A DNA stretch of 64,000 nt, taken from assembly GCF_009914755.1 (NCBI RefSeq), contig NC_060940.1. One strand, written 5' to 3'. The first letter of the stretch is position 1, and the number at the start of each line of letters is the position of its first letter. Origin of the DNA: the human T2T-CHM13v2.0 reference genome, Homo sapiens. Made by a program: the position numbers and the translations under genes. The notes below the pieces were generated by a model, which did no database searches, had not been told where the DNA came from, and worked only from the letters and a program-made list of their open reading frames with translations. This document shows, in pieces, positions 17,397 to 33,138 of this stretch.

Positions 17397-17399
<3 letters not shown>

Positions 17400-17711
17400 G
17401 CATACCCACACACACACATGCACGCACATCACCATAACCAAGATTTTGAGATTCTTTCCACTTTAAACTTTTATAGATACCTTTTGAGCTTAAAAAATTT
17501 CCTTATTTTGTTCTGTGGAAAAAGTATTTATAAACAGTGGAATAGGTAAAAATTAGAGCACAAAAAAGAGGTAAGGGAGAAGTGAAAATGCAGCATGGGT
17601 AATCCAGAGCTAAGCAAACTGTTGAATAATCATCATTATTTTTAATATGTTTCCCATGGTTTCTAAGCATCCAGATCAAATTGAGCTTTCCTTTTTCTGA
17701 ATAGTGATACT

Positions 17712-18003
17712 GGCTGGGTGTGGTAGCTCAGATCTGTAATCCCAATACTTTGGGAGGCCGAGGCAGGAGGATCACTTAAGCCAAGAAATTTGAGACCAGC
17801 CTGGGCAACATAGTGAGACCCTGTCTCTACAAAAAAATTAAGAAATAATTGTATCTGTGCCTGTAGACCCAACTACATGGGAGGCTGAGGAAGAAGGATC
17901 ACTTCAGCCTGGGAGAGCAAGGCTGCATGAGCCATGATGGCACCACTGCACTCCAGCCTGGGTGACAGAGCAAGACCTTGTCTCAAAAATCATGATAATA
18001 ATA
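17712..18003 (+). mobile_element. AluJo-like
   Basis: gcaggaggatcactt, catagtgagaccctg, ccatgatgg; TSD atagtgatact/ataatgatact. Confidence 0.92.
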
Positions 18004-18054
18004 ATGATACTCCTCTGGACCTTAATGTTTATTTTTAGATTTGTGGGGCCTTTC

Positions 18055-18172
18055 CTTTGGAGAATGTGAACTCCTTGAAGGAAACAGCCCTGCCATATTT
18101 GTTTATACCTCCATAGCAAACAAAACAATTCTGGGCACACAATGGGTGCTAAATATGTACTTGCTGATTAAT
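18055..18172 (+). mobile_element. L2 3' end
   Basis: gaatgtgaactccttgaagg...gggcacacaatgggtgctaaatatg. Confidence 0.6.
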
Positions 18173-18279
18173 AGATTAAGATTCTTAGAGAGGTAACAGT
18201 AATAACTGAAGGATTATAGAGACCAAAAACAAAGATATTACCTAAAAATAATTATCTTCCCATTTGTTGAAGTAGTTAA

Positions 18280-18495
18280 AATATAATGGTTTAAGAAGCC
18301 AGATTCTGTCATTTTCTATTTCTGCATCTTTGGACAAATTACTTAATCATTCTGTGCCTCAGTTTACCCTCACTGTAAAAATGAGGATAATAAGTGTGTC
18401 TATCTAGTAGAATTGTTGTGAGAATTAAGTAATTATAGAACAGGATTTACACCTCCAGCACATGATGAGTGTATAATACATGTTTGTCATTATTT
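18280..18495 (+). mobile_element. MIR
   Basis: tttggacaaattacttaatcattctgtgcctcagttt...tgtaaaaatgaggataata. Confidence 0.8.
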
Positions 18496-20771
18496 GTGAC
18501 TCATTTCTGATAATGCAAAAGTCTTTTAAAATGAGAAAGTAAGATACACTAGATTAATTTATTTCAAAGATAGCAGGAAATGTAGTCCTTACCACTACTA
18601 AGCTTCATTTAACTAATGAAATTCCATTTTGACTTCCAATTAAAGATGGCAGATTGTGCAAATGCATTCACTTTTGCTCTCTTCTAAGACTATTAAAGTG
18701 GCAGAAAACAACCTTCTAAAGAGATAGACCCCTAAGGATTTGGATAACAAGAGAAAAGACAACAACAAATAATTTCTTTGGTGAGACCCTTACATATTAT
18801 GGAAACCGGGCTTATGACAATTGTGGCATTGATTGCCAGAAAAGTGGAAGAATGGAATGTGGATGGAAAAACACAACAGAGCATCTAAGAGATATGGGAC
18901 AATAACAAAAGATCTAACCTACATGTAATTGGCATCCCAGAAAGAAAAGATATTAAGAAATAATATGTAAGGATTTTCCAAAATGAATTACAGATACTGA
19001 ATCATAGTTCCAAGATGCTCAAAGAACACCAAGCAGAATAAATGCTCCCCCGAAAAGAACTCCCACATCATAGGCATATCATATTCAAACTGCTGAAAAC
19101 CAGAGACAATGAGAACATTCTGAAGGCAGCCAATGAAAACAGACACACTGTACACACAGAAGTTAAAAACCAAAGGTAAGAAGGACAGAATATTTCTCAT
19201 CGGAAACTATGCAAGCCAGAAGATAGTGGAATAATGTCTTTGATGCTGATTGACATCAAAAACCAGTAAATTCAGAATTCTTTACCCAGCAAAAATATCT
19301 TTCAAAAAGAAAGGAGAAATAAAGACTTTCCCAGACTCAAAACAAACAACAACAACAAAACCTCAGAGAATTAATTGCCAGTGTACCTATGCCATAAGAA
19401 ATGTTATAGAAAGTTCTTCAGGCATAAGGAATGTAATAGAAGATAGAAACTTGAATCCAGAGAAAGAAATTAAGAGCATTGGAAATGGAATGACTAAAGG
19501 TAAACATAAAAGTCATGTTTTATTACTTGTAATTGCTCTAAAAAATAACTATCTAAAGCAAAATTAGAAGTATTGTGCATGTATAGCATTTGTAAGAGTA
19601 AATGCAGGGCAACAATAGAACAAGGGTGAGGAGCTGGAAGTGGGAATATATTACCTTTATAGTAGACATGAAACAGAAGATAATTATTTGAAAGTAGACT
19701 TTGATCAAACAAGATGTGTATGGTAAAGTCTAAGGCAACTACTAAAATTTTTAAAAACAGTTACACATGTTAATTCAATAGTGAAGATAACATTAGATAG
19801 TAAAAAATGCTTAATTAATCAAAAAGGGGGCCAAAAGAAAGCACAAATGGAACAAATCAAAAACAGCTGTTTAGATTATTGACTTTAACTCAATCATATC
19901 AATAATCATATTAAATGCAAACCACACTAATAAAAAGATAGAAATTGCTAGACAATATAAAAAGCAAGACTCAACTATATACTGTCTACAAAAATACCAT
20001 TTTAAACATAAAAACATAGATAGGTTAAAAGTAAAAGGATGGAAATAGATGTACCATAGAGACACTAATCAAAAGAAAGCTGAGTAGCTTCATTAATGTC
20101 AAAGTAGGCTTCAGACAAGAAATATTACCAGTGATAAAGAGGGTTATTACATAATGATAAAGGATTCAATTCTCCAAGAAGACAAAGCAATGAATGATTT
20201 TATGCCTATAAATTCAACAGCTTAGAGCAAATGGACAAATTCCTTGAAAAGCATATCTTACCAAAATTAGCAAGAAGAAAAAGAAAAATTCACATAGCCC
20301 TGTATCTTTTTTTCAAAATTGAATTCATAATGAAAAATCTTTCAACAAAGAAAATCCCAAGCCCAGATGGCTTTACTCGTAAATTCTATCAAAGCCTTAA
20401 GGAAAAAACTAACACCAGTCTTACACAAACTCTTCAAGAAAATAGAAGAAAACACTTTCCAAGTTGTTTTATGAGGCCAGCATAAACACTGATGCCAAAA
20501 CTTGACAAGGACATTACAAGAAAAGAAAATTACAGGCCAATATCCTGCATGAGTAAAGATGCAAAGTCCTCAATAAAATATTAGAAAACCAAATTCGGCA
20601 TTGTGTGAATAGGATAACTGTTATTAATAACTTATGCCAGGATTGCAAGTTTGGTTTCCCATTAGAAAATCAATGTTATAATTCATCACATTAACAGAAT
20701 CAAACAGAAAAAAGCATAACATCTCAATTGATGCAAAAATATTTTTGAAAACATTGTATACATTTTCATGA

Positions 20772-21087
<316 letters not shown>

Positions 21088-21467
21088 TAAAAACCTCTCA
21101 AAAAAACTAGGAAAAGAAAGAACTTTCATCAGTGTAATAAATGGCATATATAAAAACCCAACAGCAAATGTTATACTAAATAGAGAAATATTTAATGCTT
21201 TCTTTCAGAGTTCAGAAACAAGATGTCCACTCTCCCTACTTCTATGCAACCATTATCCTGAAAGTTCTAATACAACAACGTAAGAAAAAAATAAAGGCAT
21301 ACAAATTAAAAAAAAAAGAAGCAAAACTATCTTTTATGCAGATGACACGATTTCATATATAAAACATCCTAAGGAACCATCATCTGGTCTAGTAGAACCA
21401 AAAATAAATTTAACAAAGTCACGGCAGCCAAGGTAAATATATAAAACTCAATTATACTTTAATTTTG

Positions 21468-21812
21468 GGCTGGGCACGGTGGCTCACGCCCGTAATCCCA
21501 GCACTTTGGGAGGTTGAGGCGGGCAGATCGCTTGAGGTCAGGAGTTTGAAACCAGCCTGGCCAACATGGCAAAACCCCGTCTCTACTAAAAATACAAAAA
21601 AAATTAGTCAGGCATGGTGGCAGGCACCTGTAAATCTCAGCTACTCAGGAGGCTGAGACATGAGAATTGCTTGAACAGGGGGCGGCGGGGAGCGGGAAGG
21701 GAAGGGGGGTGGCAGGTGGAGGTTGCAGTGAGCCGAGATTGCGCCACTGCACTCCTGCCTGGGCGATAAAGAGCGACTCCTTCTCAAAATAAATAAATTA
21801 ATTAAATAAATA
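21468..21812 (+). mobile_element. AluS with a ~30-nt G-rich insertion in the right arm
   Basis: Normal gaacccgggaggcggagg is replaced by gaacagggggcggcggggagcgggaagggaaggggggtggcaggtggagg. Confidence 0.93.
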
Positions 21813-22711
21813 ATTAATTCATTATATTTCAATTTTGACAAACAAAACATTGGAAAATAAAATTAAATAGCAATTCCATTTATAACGGCAGCAAAATATA
21901 AACTACTGAAAATTTAACAAAAATAAGTAAGACATTCTGAAAATGATTTCATATTGCCGAAAAAGGTTAAATAAAAAATTAAACCATATAACATGCTTAT
22001 GGATTGAGAGAATTAATATTGATCTATAGCTTCAGTGCAATCCCAATCCAAATTCCAGGAGGCTTTTTAGTAGAAATTAATGAGCTGAAGTTAAAATGTA
22101 TTATGAAAATTCAAAAGATGAAGATTAGCAACAGAACCTTTAAAAGAAAAAATATAGAAGACATATCCTTCCTGCTTTCAAGACTTACTATAAAGCAACA
22201 ATTATTTAGACGCTGTTATTTGCATCAGATAGACAGACAAGTCAATGAAACAGAATTGAGAGTCCTGAAATAGGTTCACGTGTGTATAGTCAATTGATTT
22301 TCAACAAAGGTGTTTGTGCATGCTCACACAGGCACACACATCAATGTAGAAAGAAAAGTCTTTGCAACAAATGATTCTAGAACAACTGGATATCCATATT
22401 AAAAACAAAAACAAAACAGAAGAACTTTGACTGCTACCTCATACCATATACAAAAATTAGCTTAAGACAGGAGGCCTTAATGTGAAATCTGAAACTATTA
22501 AGCTTCAATGTTTTCTAAAACGAGATACAGGAAAATATCTGCATGCTGTTATGCTCAGCTAAAATTTCTACAGAACATAAAAAATACTAATGATAGAAGA
22601 CAAAAATCACAAATTGGACATAATCAAAATGTAACACTTCTGCTCATTAAACAATACCATGAAGAAAATGAAAAGACAAGACACAGACTGGGAGAAATAT
22701 TTGCAAAATAA

Positions 22712-22850
22712 TTTTATTTTATTTTATTTTTTGTAGAGACAGGGTCTTACTGTGTTGCCTAAGCTGGTCTCCAACTCATGCCTCAAGAAGTCCTTCCACC
22801 TCAATCTCCCAAAGTGCTGAGATTACAGGCATGAGCCATAGCACCTAGCC
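22712..22850 (-). mobile_element. FLAM / free left Alu monomer
   Basis: Single monomer tttgtagagacagggtctt...gcacctagcc with a T-rich tail. Confidence 0.85.
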
Positions 22851-22853
22851 TGA

Positions 22854-23259
<406 letters not shown>

Positions 23260-23461
23260 TGAATTTATACACAAACAGTAGTATACTCGTGCAGTGGAAT
23301 ACGCTTGACAGTTTAAAGGAACACGTTTTCTCAGGTATCTCAAAGACATCATTTTAAGCAAAAGAAGCCAGACAGAAAAGAGTCCTCATTGTTATGATTC
23401 CATTTATAGAAAGTTCTAGAGTAGGTAAATCTAACCTGTGATGATAGACATGAGAAAAATT

Positions 23462-23771
<310 letters not shown>

Positions 23772-25699
23772 GAGAGATAGGAAAGGATTGTCTCCTGGAG
23801 GCTGAAAATGTGTTAAGATGGAACTTTTTGGGGTGATGGGAAAGTTCTGTATCTTGATTGGTGTGCAGTTATATGGGTGTATTCATGTATTCATACCCGT
23901 TAAACTGCACATTTAAAATTGATGCATTTCATTGTATGTAAATTATACCTTGATTTTTTTAAAAAGGGGTAAACAAAAATCACTTTAACGCTAAGTGAAA
24001 GAAGCAGGTTCCAGCAATATGATTTCATTTATGTAACATTCAAAAACAGGCAAAGTGAATCAGTATCTTTCTCACTGTGAAATTATTTTCTAAATAATCC
24101 ACCACAAGAGCTGAAAGTGGTTGCCTTTAAGGAGGAGAAACTGGGGAGACAGCTAGTTTCCTTCATAAAATTAGCATTAGTTGAGACTTAAAAATCTGTT
24201 GCATATGTAACTTCGGCAAAAAGTTACATATGCAAGCTAAAAAAGAAACCCATACCATTTGCAGGTTGGTGCTATAAAGTTCAAAAGAGGATTGTTGACA
24301 TTCATTTCAAATAGAAAATTATTTATGATGGGCAAATCTGACAGAAAGTCCAGGACACTGGGTCCACTTGCTGTTGGTTGTGTAATAGAGGCCACCTAGT
24401 CACCGGTCATGCATAAAAGACAATGGGAAAAACACTGGAAAAGTGTACATTAAATTAGAGTGAGGGAGGAAAATTGTGACAGAAACCCTATCTGTACTCC
24501 CTAATTACAAAGTCTCGCCTTCACCAACTGACACAAATGTGAAGTCAAATTAAGTATCGTCTAATTAACTAGCATCCACACAACTTCAAGACCCGCGACT
24601 AGGTATTATTCGGCCGAATAAATGAAATGCAAGGACTTGCAGATTCTCCGTCAACCCAGATCTGCCATCTCAGCCGACCGCTACAAGGTTAGGCCATTTT
24701 GTTTTCACACATCTCTCCTTTCAGGGCTCTCCTTGTAATATTTACAGAAAAAGGCAATGCTGGTAAACAGTTTCACACAATGAGGTGTGAGAGTTGATAG
24801 GGTCTATTCAAGCTCTGAACTCCCCTGATGAGCTGCCAAAAGTTGTTATGAACGGCCCAGCTGACAGCGTGATGACTGATAAAAGAAAAACAAACAGCTC
24901 GGGTAATTCATGAAAACACACTGCACCAAGACAACTCCGAGTGGCGAGTGACAGTTAAGATAATGGAATTTTGGAAGCTTTTCTTAAGCGGTCCTCTCTA
25001 TACAATTATTCTGTTAATAGACTCTGCCTTAATGTAGCTGGATCCTCAAAACTTCTTTCCATAGAAAAATATTTATTATGATCTCTGGCAGAGAGGTTCT
25101 GGCCTTGGACTTTTATACATGGCCAGTTTCACATACAATTTCCTCTTCCCAGAGCAGGCTGAAATTTAGTGTAGGGCTGTGTCTGCCATTTAAAGAAATA
25201 AAATATCCGATTTCCACTTCTAATACTAGGAACATTTTGAAGTGTTCTTCCCTCATTTCTTTCATTTACGAACCATTTGCTGCAAACCTTTGATTAAAAA
25301 ATAAATATTGGTTTACACACTCAACTGCTAATATTTTAAAGGAGAACAATTTAAATGTGGTGGAAGTCAATTTCCAATTCACATAGCTTATTTTGAGTTC
25401 ATTTCCTTAAATCAGGCGTGACGAAGCAAGAAAATATCAATTTGTCAATGTTTTGCCTTTGTACCCAATGATTTTTCATGAAGTACATTGTGGTTTCTGT
25501 AGCAATCGCCTATTTCTTAATTAATGTTTTAGAAAGCAGAAATATAGACATATCTAAAGCATGTGTATATGCACACATAAATAGTATGTGATCCTGTGCC
25601 CAGAGACAGAGAAGGAAGAAAAGAGAGACGAAAAGGAAGAGGGGAGTGGGTGGCTGTGTAGTTTAGGACCTGGCTACCGAAGGGTCAAGCAGCATATTA

Positions 25700-25808
25700 G
25701 AAATGAAGAATTTCTGCACTACCCTAGCCCCCGACCAAATCAGAATTTGCATTTTAACAAAGATCCCCAGACGATTCATATGCACCTCAAGGTTTTGAGA
25801 AGCTCTGT
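25700..25808. mobile_element. MER5-type hAT-Charlie fragment
   Basis: atcagaatttgcattttaacaaagatccccagacgattcatatgcac...tttgagaagctctg. Confidence 0.7.
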
Positions 25809-26419
25809 AATTTTGATGACTGATCTCCTTAATAGTTTAAGTTTTATAGCTGTAGAGGCTTACAAATATGATGATCTATGTTTTACAAAAAGTTTAAAAC
25901 TCTAACATAAGTTATTTAAAGCTACTCAAAGTAATTTCATAAGTGTTCTTTCAAATTTATTTTTCTTCTCCTCCTTCCCGGGAATAAATCTGGAGTGTCC
26001 TTGAGCTCTCCAAGCCTTCTAGAGACTTCGTCCCTTCCGCAGTCACTTTCCTTTTACTTCAAACATTCATAGGCCTGTCTGGCACATTTTTAGGTACTAG
26101 GCATGGTGCTAGAGCCTGGATTTTGTGAACCATAGGACTTTTATAACAATAATAAAAACATTTAAAAAAATTATAACTTGATTGTAGTATCAACTATTTA
26201 ACTGCTGCAATACAGAGTATCTCACAAGAGAGATGAGAAAATCATTGGAAAGACCCAAACAACAGAGGTGGCCTCCGCCTACCCATCAAGGACAGCAAAA
26301 ATCTACCATTGGACACTCATTCCTTTAAGTTTTGTGGTTGTTAATATTTATACAGTCATCTTTAAAACTTGATGGGCTCTTGAGATCTGGTCTAACTCTC
26401 AACAAATTTGCTGAGTGTT

Positions 26420-27660
26420 CATAAATTTAAATACATACCAATTAAAGAACTTAACATGGCCCAAAATACTGTAAACAAAGATAAAAGACAAAGGTTAAAT
26501 CAGGGAAAATATATGCAACTATATTTACTATTAATATAAGGACTCATTCCTTTTTATTGTTTTGAGACAGAGTCTCACTCTGTCGCCCAGGCTGGAGTGC
26601 AGTAGTGTGATCTCGACTCACTGTAACCTCCACCTCTTGGGTTCAAGCAGTTCTCCTGCCTCACTCTCCCAAGTAGCTGAGATTACAGGCACACACCACC
26701 ATACCCAGCTAATTTTTTGTATTTTTGGTAGAGATGGGGTTTCACCATGTTGGCCAGGCTGGTCTCAAACTCCTAACCTTAAGCAATCTGCCCGCCTCGG
26801 CTTGCCAAAGTGCTGGGATTACAGGTGTAAGCCATGAGCCCGTTAGGGACTCATTCCCTTAATTGACAAAGAATTTATATAATTTAGTTGGAAAAAGACA
26901 CATCCAGTGGAAAAATGAGCAGTGGACATAAATAGGCAATTCATCCACAAAAGTGAGTAAATGCATGAAATGGTGCTCAACCTCATTCATAATCAAAGAC
27001 ATACAAATCAAAGCAATGATGAGAGAATGATTCTTACCTATTATGTTGGCAGAAATTAGAATATTTGATAATACAAGTCGTGTGCAGAAATAGGCACTCT
27101 CATCTACTGTGGGTAAGAATATGTATTAGTTCAACTATGTTAAGGGGCAATTTGGTAATATTGATCAACATTGTGAATGCACGTACCCTTTAACCCAGCA
27201 ATTCCATGCTAGGAATTTAGTCTAGGAAAATACTTGCAAAAGTACATTAAACAAGATGGATAAGCAACCTCAAGGAGCATCATGCCAGGAGCTGAGCACC
27301 TCCCCCACCCTGCCCCATGGCAGTACCACCCAACAAGGAAAGACTCCCTGAGCCACACAGAGAATCAGATAGACTGGCATGAGCTTGCTACAGAATTATC
27401 TCTGAGATGTACCAATTATTCATATATACAGAGAAAAAAAGCAAGGCTCAGAGTGGTATGTACAACTTGATCCCTTCAGATTAAATAAAAATACATATAT
27501 ATTGGTAGCAATTCATATTTTTCCCCTGGAAATACAAGGACCAACTAATAGTGCTTGCCTTTGGGGAGAGAGAGCAGTTAGTGGCAAAGGTGATGAGTGG
27601 AAGAAAGCCTTCTAATGTTAATTATATGTTTATCTCTATGGTTTGAATTTTCTAGAAAAG
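26420..27660 (+). mobile_element. Old L1ME-type 3' fragment split by an Alu
   Basis: ccctttaacccagcaattccatgctaggaattta; ctcaacctcattcataatcaaag. Confidence 0.7.
26551..26841 (-). mobile_element. AluS
   Basis: Reverse dimer; TSD ggactcattcc. Confidence 0.94.
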
Positions 27661-27879
27661 TTCTGAGTGTATGTGTATATAATGTAGGCAAGCAATGCCT
27701 TGGCATTGAGTTTATAAACCATTTTGCCTTATTAAGTTCCAGGCACAAAAATATTGGGGAAAAGTCCTTGGAGTGAAATTATTCTCCATGAGTTCATTTT
27801 CACAATTATATCTCTGCAGGCAAGCAGATTTCTCAACCACACAGTAGCTAGGCTTCCCAAAGAACTGCTGTGTCCTCTG

Positions 27880-28030
27880 GGGCTATGATGATAACATTTT
27901 TGGAGGTCAAAGAAACCTCTGAGAATCTGTTTAAAGTATGACCAGAAAAACTTTCCGCACACAAAATTTCAGATTCAATATTGGGAGTTTTGCAGAACCC
28001 CTGAGATATCCATGGATTGTGTGAGGTCAA
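27880..28030. mobile_element. hAT-type MER fragment (family uncertain)
   Basis: ctctgagaatctgtttaaagtatgaccagaaaaa...cacacaaaattt...cccctgagatatccatgga. Confidence 0.45.
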
Positions 28031-28397
28031 GGGCTCGAGCTAATAAGGATGATCTACCCTAGAGAATCTTGAAGGTAGAACAACACCAATTTTATGATTT
28101 CATACGCAGCTCTATTGCTGGGACTACTTGGGTTTTCACAGTCTGCCCGGGGGCTACTCCTGTGAAAGTCCTTCCTGACTCTCCCATATCCTACCCAGCT
28201 GAGCCTGGAGGCCTGCTTCCACAATCCCAAAGCCTGCCATGCTTGTGTCTATAAAGTGTAGTATCTTTTGTGGTGAGTTATAATTGTTCACTTGTTTGGT
28301 TTGCCATCAAGATGGTTAGCTCCTTCAGGGAAAGGCATTTATTTCATAGATCTTTATTTTCTCAACATTGGAAACATTAAAAATGACCAACGAATGA

Positions 28398-28640
<243 letters not shown>

Positions 28641-28924
28641 TAGAATGATACCCTTCTTGGCCCTCTCTCTGGTCCTACCATATCACCAGTATGATACCTT
28701 CTTTTGGAGTCATGCAGAAGCTCTAGGGCCCATGTGGACATTACATGTGATTTCTCTAATCTGGGGTTCTCTTTTCTTTATTCCACTCAGCCATCTAGTG
28801 AATTCCCTGGTCATATGGATCTAGCCCTTGAGTGTGGATGGGTGGCTCACATTAAACCATCTACTCCTTGGCAAAAGAAGAGTGGGTCATCTGGTCACTA
28901 TCCTCCAAGAAGGGTAGCACTCTA

Positions 28925-29424
<500 letters not shown>

Positions 29425-29499
29425 TTAAATGTTGCATTGTGGACTTTAGCCCTCCTGTATGTCCTAATCAAAGAAATAAGAGCGGAAAGGATAAAAGGG

Positions 29500-30120
29500 G
29501 CTTTGTAGTCATAGATCTGAGTGGGAGTTCTAGACCAGCATATATGGAATCATGACGAGTTCACTTGTTCCCTCTGGGGCTCAATGTGTTAGTCAGGAAA
29601 GGCTGCGCTATGCTTCAGTAACAAATAAGCCTCAAAATATTAGTGGTTGTATAAAACACAGGTTTCTTTTACTCACATGAAGTCCTCTGTGAATTGGGTG
29701 ATTCACCAAGGTGGCTGCCCCCGATGTGATGACTCAGCAATGCATCCTGCCTCTCTTTAGTGACAATGCCAGCTCAAAACATGATGGAAAAGAGAGAATG
29801 TGGAGTACACATAACCACACTTTCATGCTGCATCTGGAAATGATGTGTGGCCATTTCATTTACCACTGGCTAGAGCTAGTCACATGATCCCAAGCTAACT
29901 GCAAGGGTATTGAGGAGTGCAGTCTTCTTGTGCACCAAAGAAAAGCACAGTGGGACTTGCACAACACATAGAACTGTCTTTGCCACATTCAATGTCCTCA
30001 TCTGTAAAGTGAGGATAACACCTACCTTACAGTTTTGCTGCAAGTATTAAACAAGAATGCACGTAAAGTGTGCAATGCATATAGCAGACAGTCAAGAAAT
30101 GGTGTTTAGTTATTTTGACT
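29500..30120 (+). mobile_element. MIR split by an MLT1 LTR
   Basis: ...ggggctcaa [LTR] ttcaatgtcctcatctgtaaagtgaggataa... Confidence 0.65.
29586..29987 (-). mobile_element. MLT1J/K-like MaLR solo LTR
   Basis: tgtgttagtcagg...gtaacaaat...ctagtcacatg...ctaactgcaaggg...tgccaca. Confidence 0.75.
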
Positions 30121-30654
30121 GAAGCCAGTAACTCCCCATTTGTTGGGCTATTAGAGAGGCTTGTTACATTGCAGGGACACCAGGCCTTCTGGGAGTGAAG
30201 CACCACAATAGTGTGAGCTGGTGTGTCTACCAGCATGTCTATTTGTCATAGGAGAAAGTCTTGGCCCTGGGATATGACACTCAAGACAGCCTCAGGGTGT
30301 CATTGGGAAGTGGGGACCAACTCAGAAGGGCCTGGCCCCACTCCCAAGACGTCACATCCCAATAAGATACCTGGTCAGAGGTATAACACTTTCCTTATGC
30401 CAGCAGCCAAGAAAAACCAGCAACTTCCAACAGCATTCCACATGAACAATAAACTCAACTTGACTTTGTTGATGATAATGATAATGGAAGTGTCTATCTT
30501 CCTTTTTAAACAGTATATCCCTCAAATTTGTTTTTCTATCATTTGTATAACCACCACATGATAAAGTTGCCCTTAGTTTGGTTAATTATGTTCAATCCAT
30601 GTATAATGTGAGAGTCAGATGATATATTTTTTAATGTGATGTAATTAATCTTTA

Positions 30655-31054
<400 letters not shown>

Positions 31055-31435
31055 TCACATTTCCTGGTTTCCTGGCTGCATTCTCCCTGTCACTTTATGC
31101 ACTATGCTGGTAAATACAGTGCTCACTCACCCCACCATCCAATCACATTCATCCAGTTGAACTCTAGAGGCAGCCATGCACTACCTTTTAGAATGTGATG
31201 CTCTAGAAACTTATTATGTACCACCACTCCATTATACATTTTTTCAGTAACAGCAATGAAGAGGCATTGAAATACAAAACTGTTTTATGTTCATTTTATA
31301 TCTTCCCAGAAGAGTTTCATTAACGACAAAAATACACCTTTTTAAGAGTTCTATATTTTCAATTGTGACCTACTACTAGGAATAATTTATAAGAAAAGGT
31401 AAAATTTTCCTTGTATCTTTATCAAAATGATTTAG

Positions 31436-32163
<728 letters not shown>

Positions 32164-32724
32164 CAAATAAAACATTTCTAATGTATCTTAATTCATTTCA
32201 GTTTACCTCAATTTGTTCATAAAAACAGATGAACAGGAGTACAAAAGGGTTTGTTTAGAAATTAAGCCATCTGCTGCCATTCAACATGGGCTCTGGTGGA
32301 CCTGATTCTGCAACATTCCATTTGAAAACTGTTTTGTAGGGGATACTTATCATCTCTAATGTCTTTCAGGCCTGTCCAGAAAATTATTCAGCAGCTATAA
32401 TAGCCGGTATATCACCTAACTCCAAGGAAACACACTGATATGCCCAGCATGTGTTAAAATCAGGTACTATTGGTCTGATTCCCAGTGCTGTGTCACATTC
32501 ATGACATGCAGCCAATGAATTAAATCACTTTTGACATATTACACTGGCCTCTGACATGCTGCCAATGTAAAATGACATAACATACTGAAAATGATAATAT
32601 TGAAAACGGATTAATAGATAGATTCAAATAACCAACATCTAATAACTCTTTCAAATGCAAAGAAGGAATGATAATCACTTTGTCCTATTTTGAAAATGCA
32701 TTCTTCTCAGAATAAACATTATCA

Positions 32725-32905
32725 TATATAATAGCTGCTACCATATGTTGAATACCTACGTACAGACATTGTTATAAGGACCTTCCCTCCTCAACAGTCC
32801 TATAAGGCAGGTACTATTAATAGTTCCATTTTATAGATGAGAAAACCAAGGGCCAGAGAGGTAACTTAACCTGCCTGAGGTCACACAGCTGGTAAGGAGC
32901 AGAGG
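32725..32905 (-). mobile_element. MIR
   Basis: ccattttatagatgagaaaaccaagggccagagaggt...gcctgaggtcacacagctggtaag. Confidence 0.85.
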
Positions 32906-33138
32906 CTACCTTAGCAACCTTGCTACATACACCTTCTTTGAAAGGAATCTAGGAATGTCAATGGGCTTTTTAAAACTCACTTCTTAAACTAAATTTTATC
33001 TCTGACATACACAGCTGAATAAGAAATACAGGGCAGACATGCGAATGGTATGCTGGGTTTGCTACATAAAAGTCATCAGGCAAATAACTCGGCTTCTATC
33101 AACCTCTGTTTCTTTAGCTCTAAAATGGCGGTAATGAT

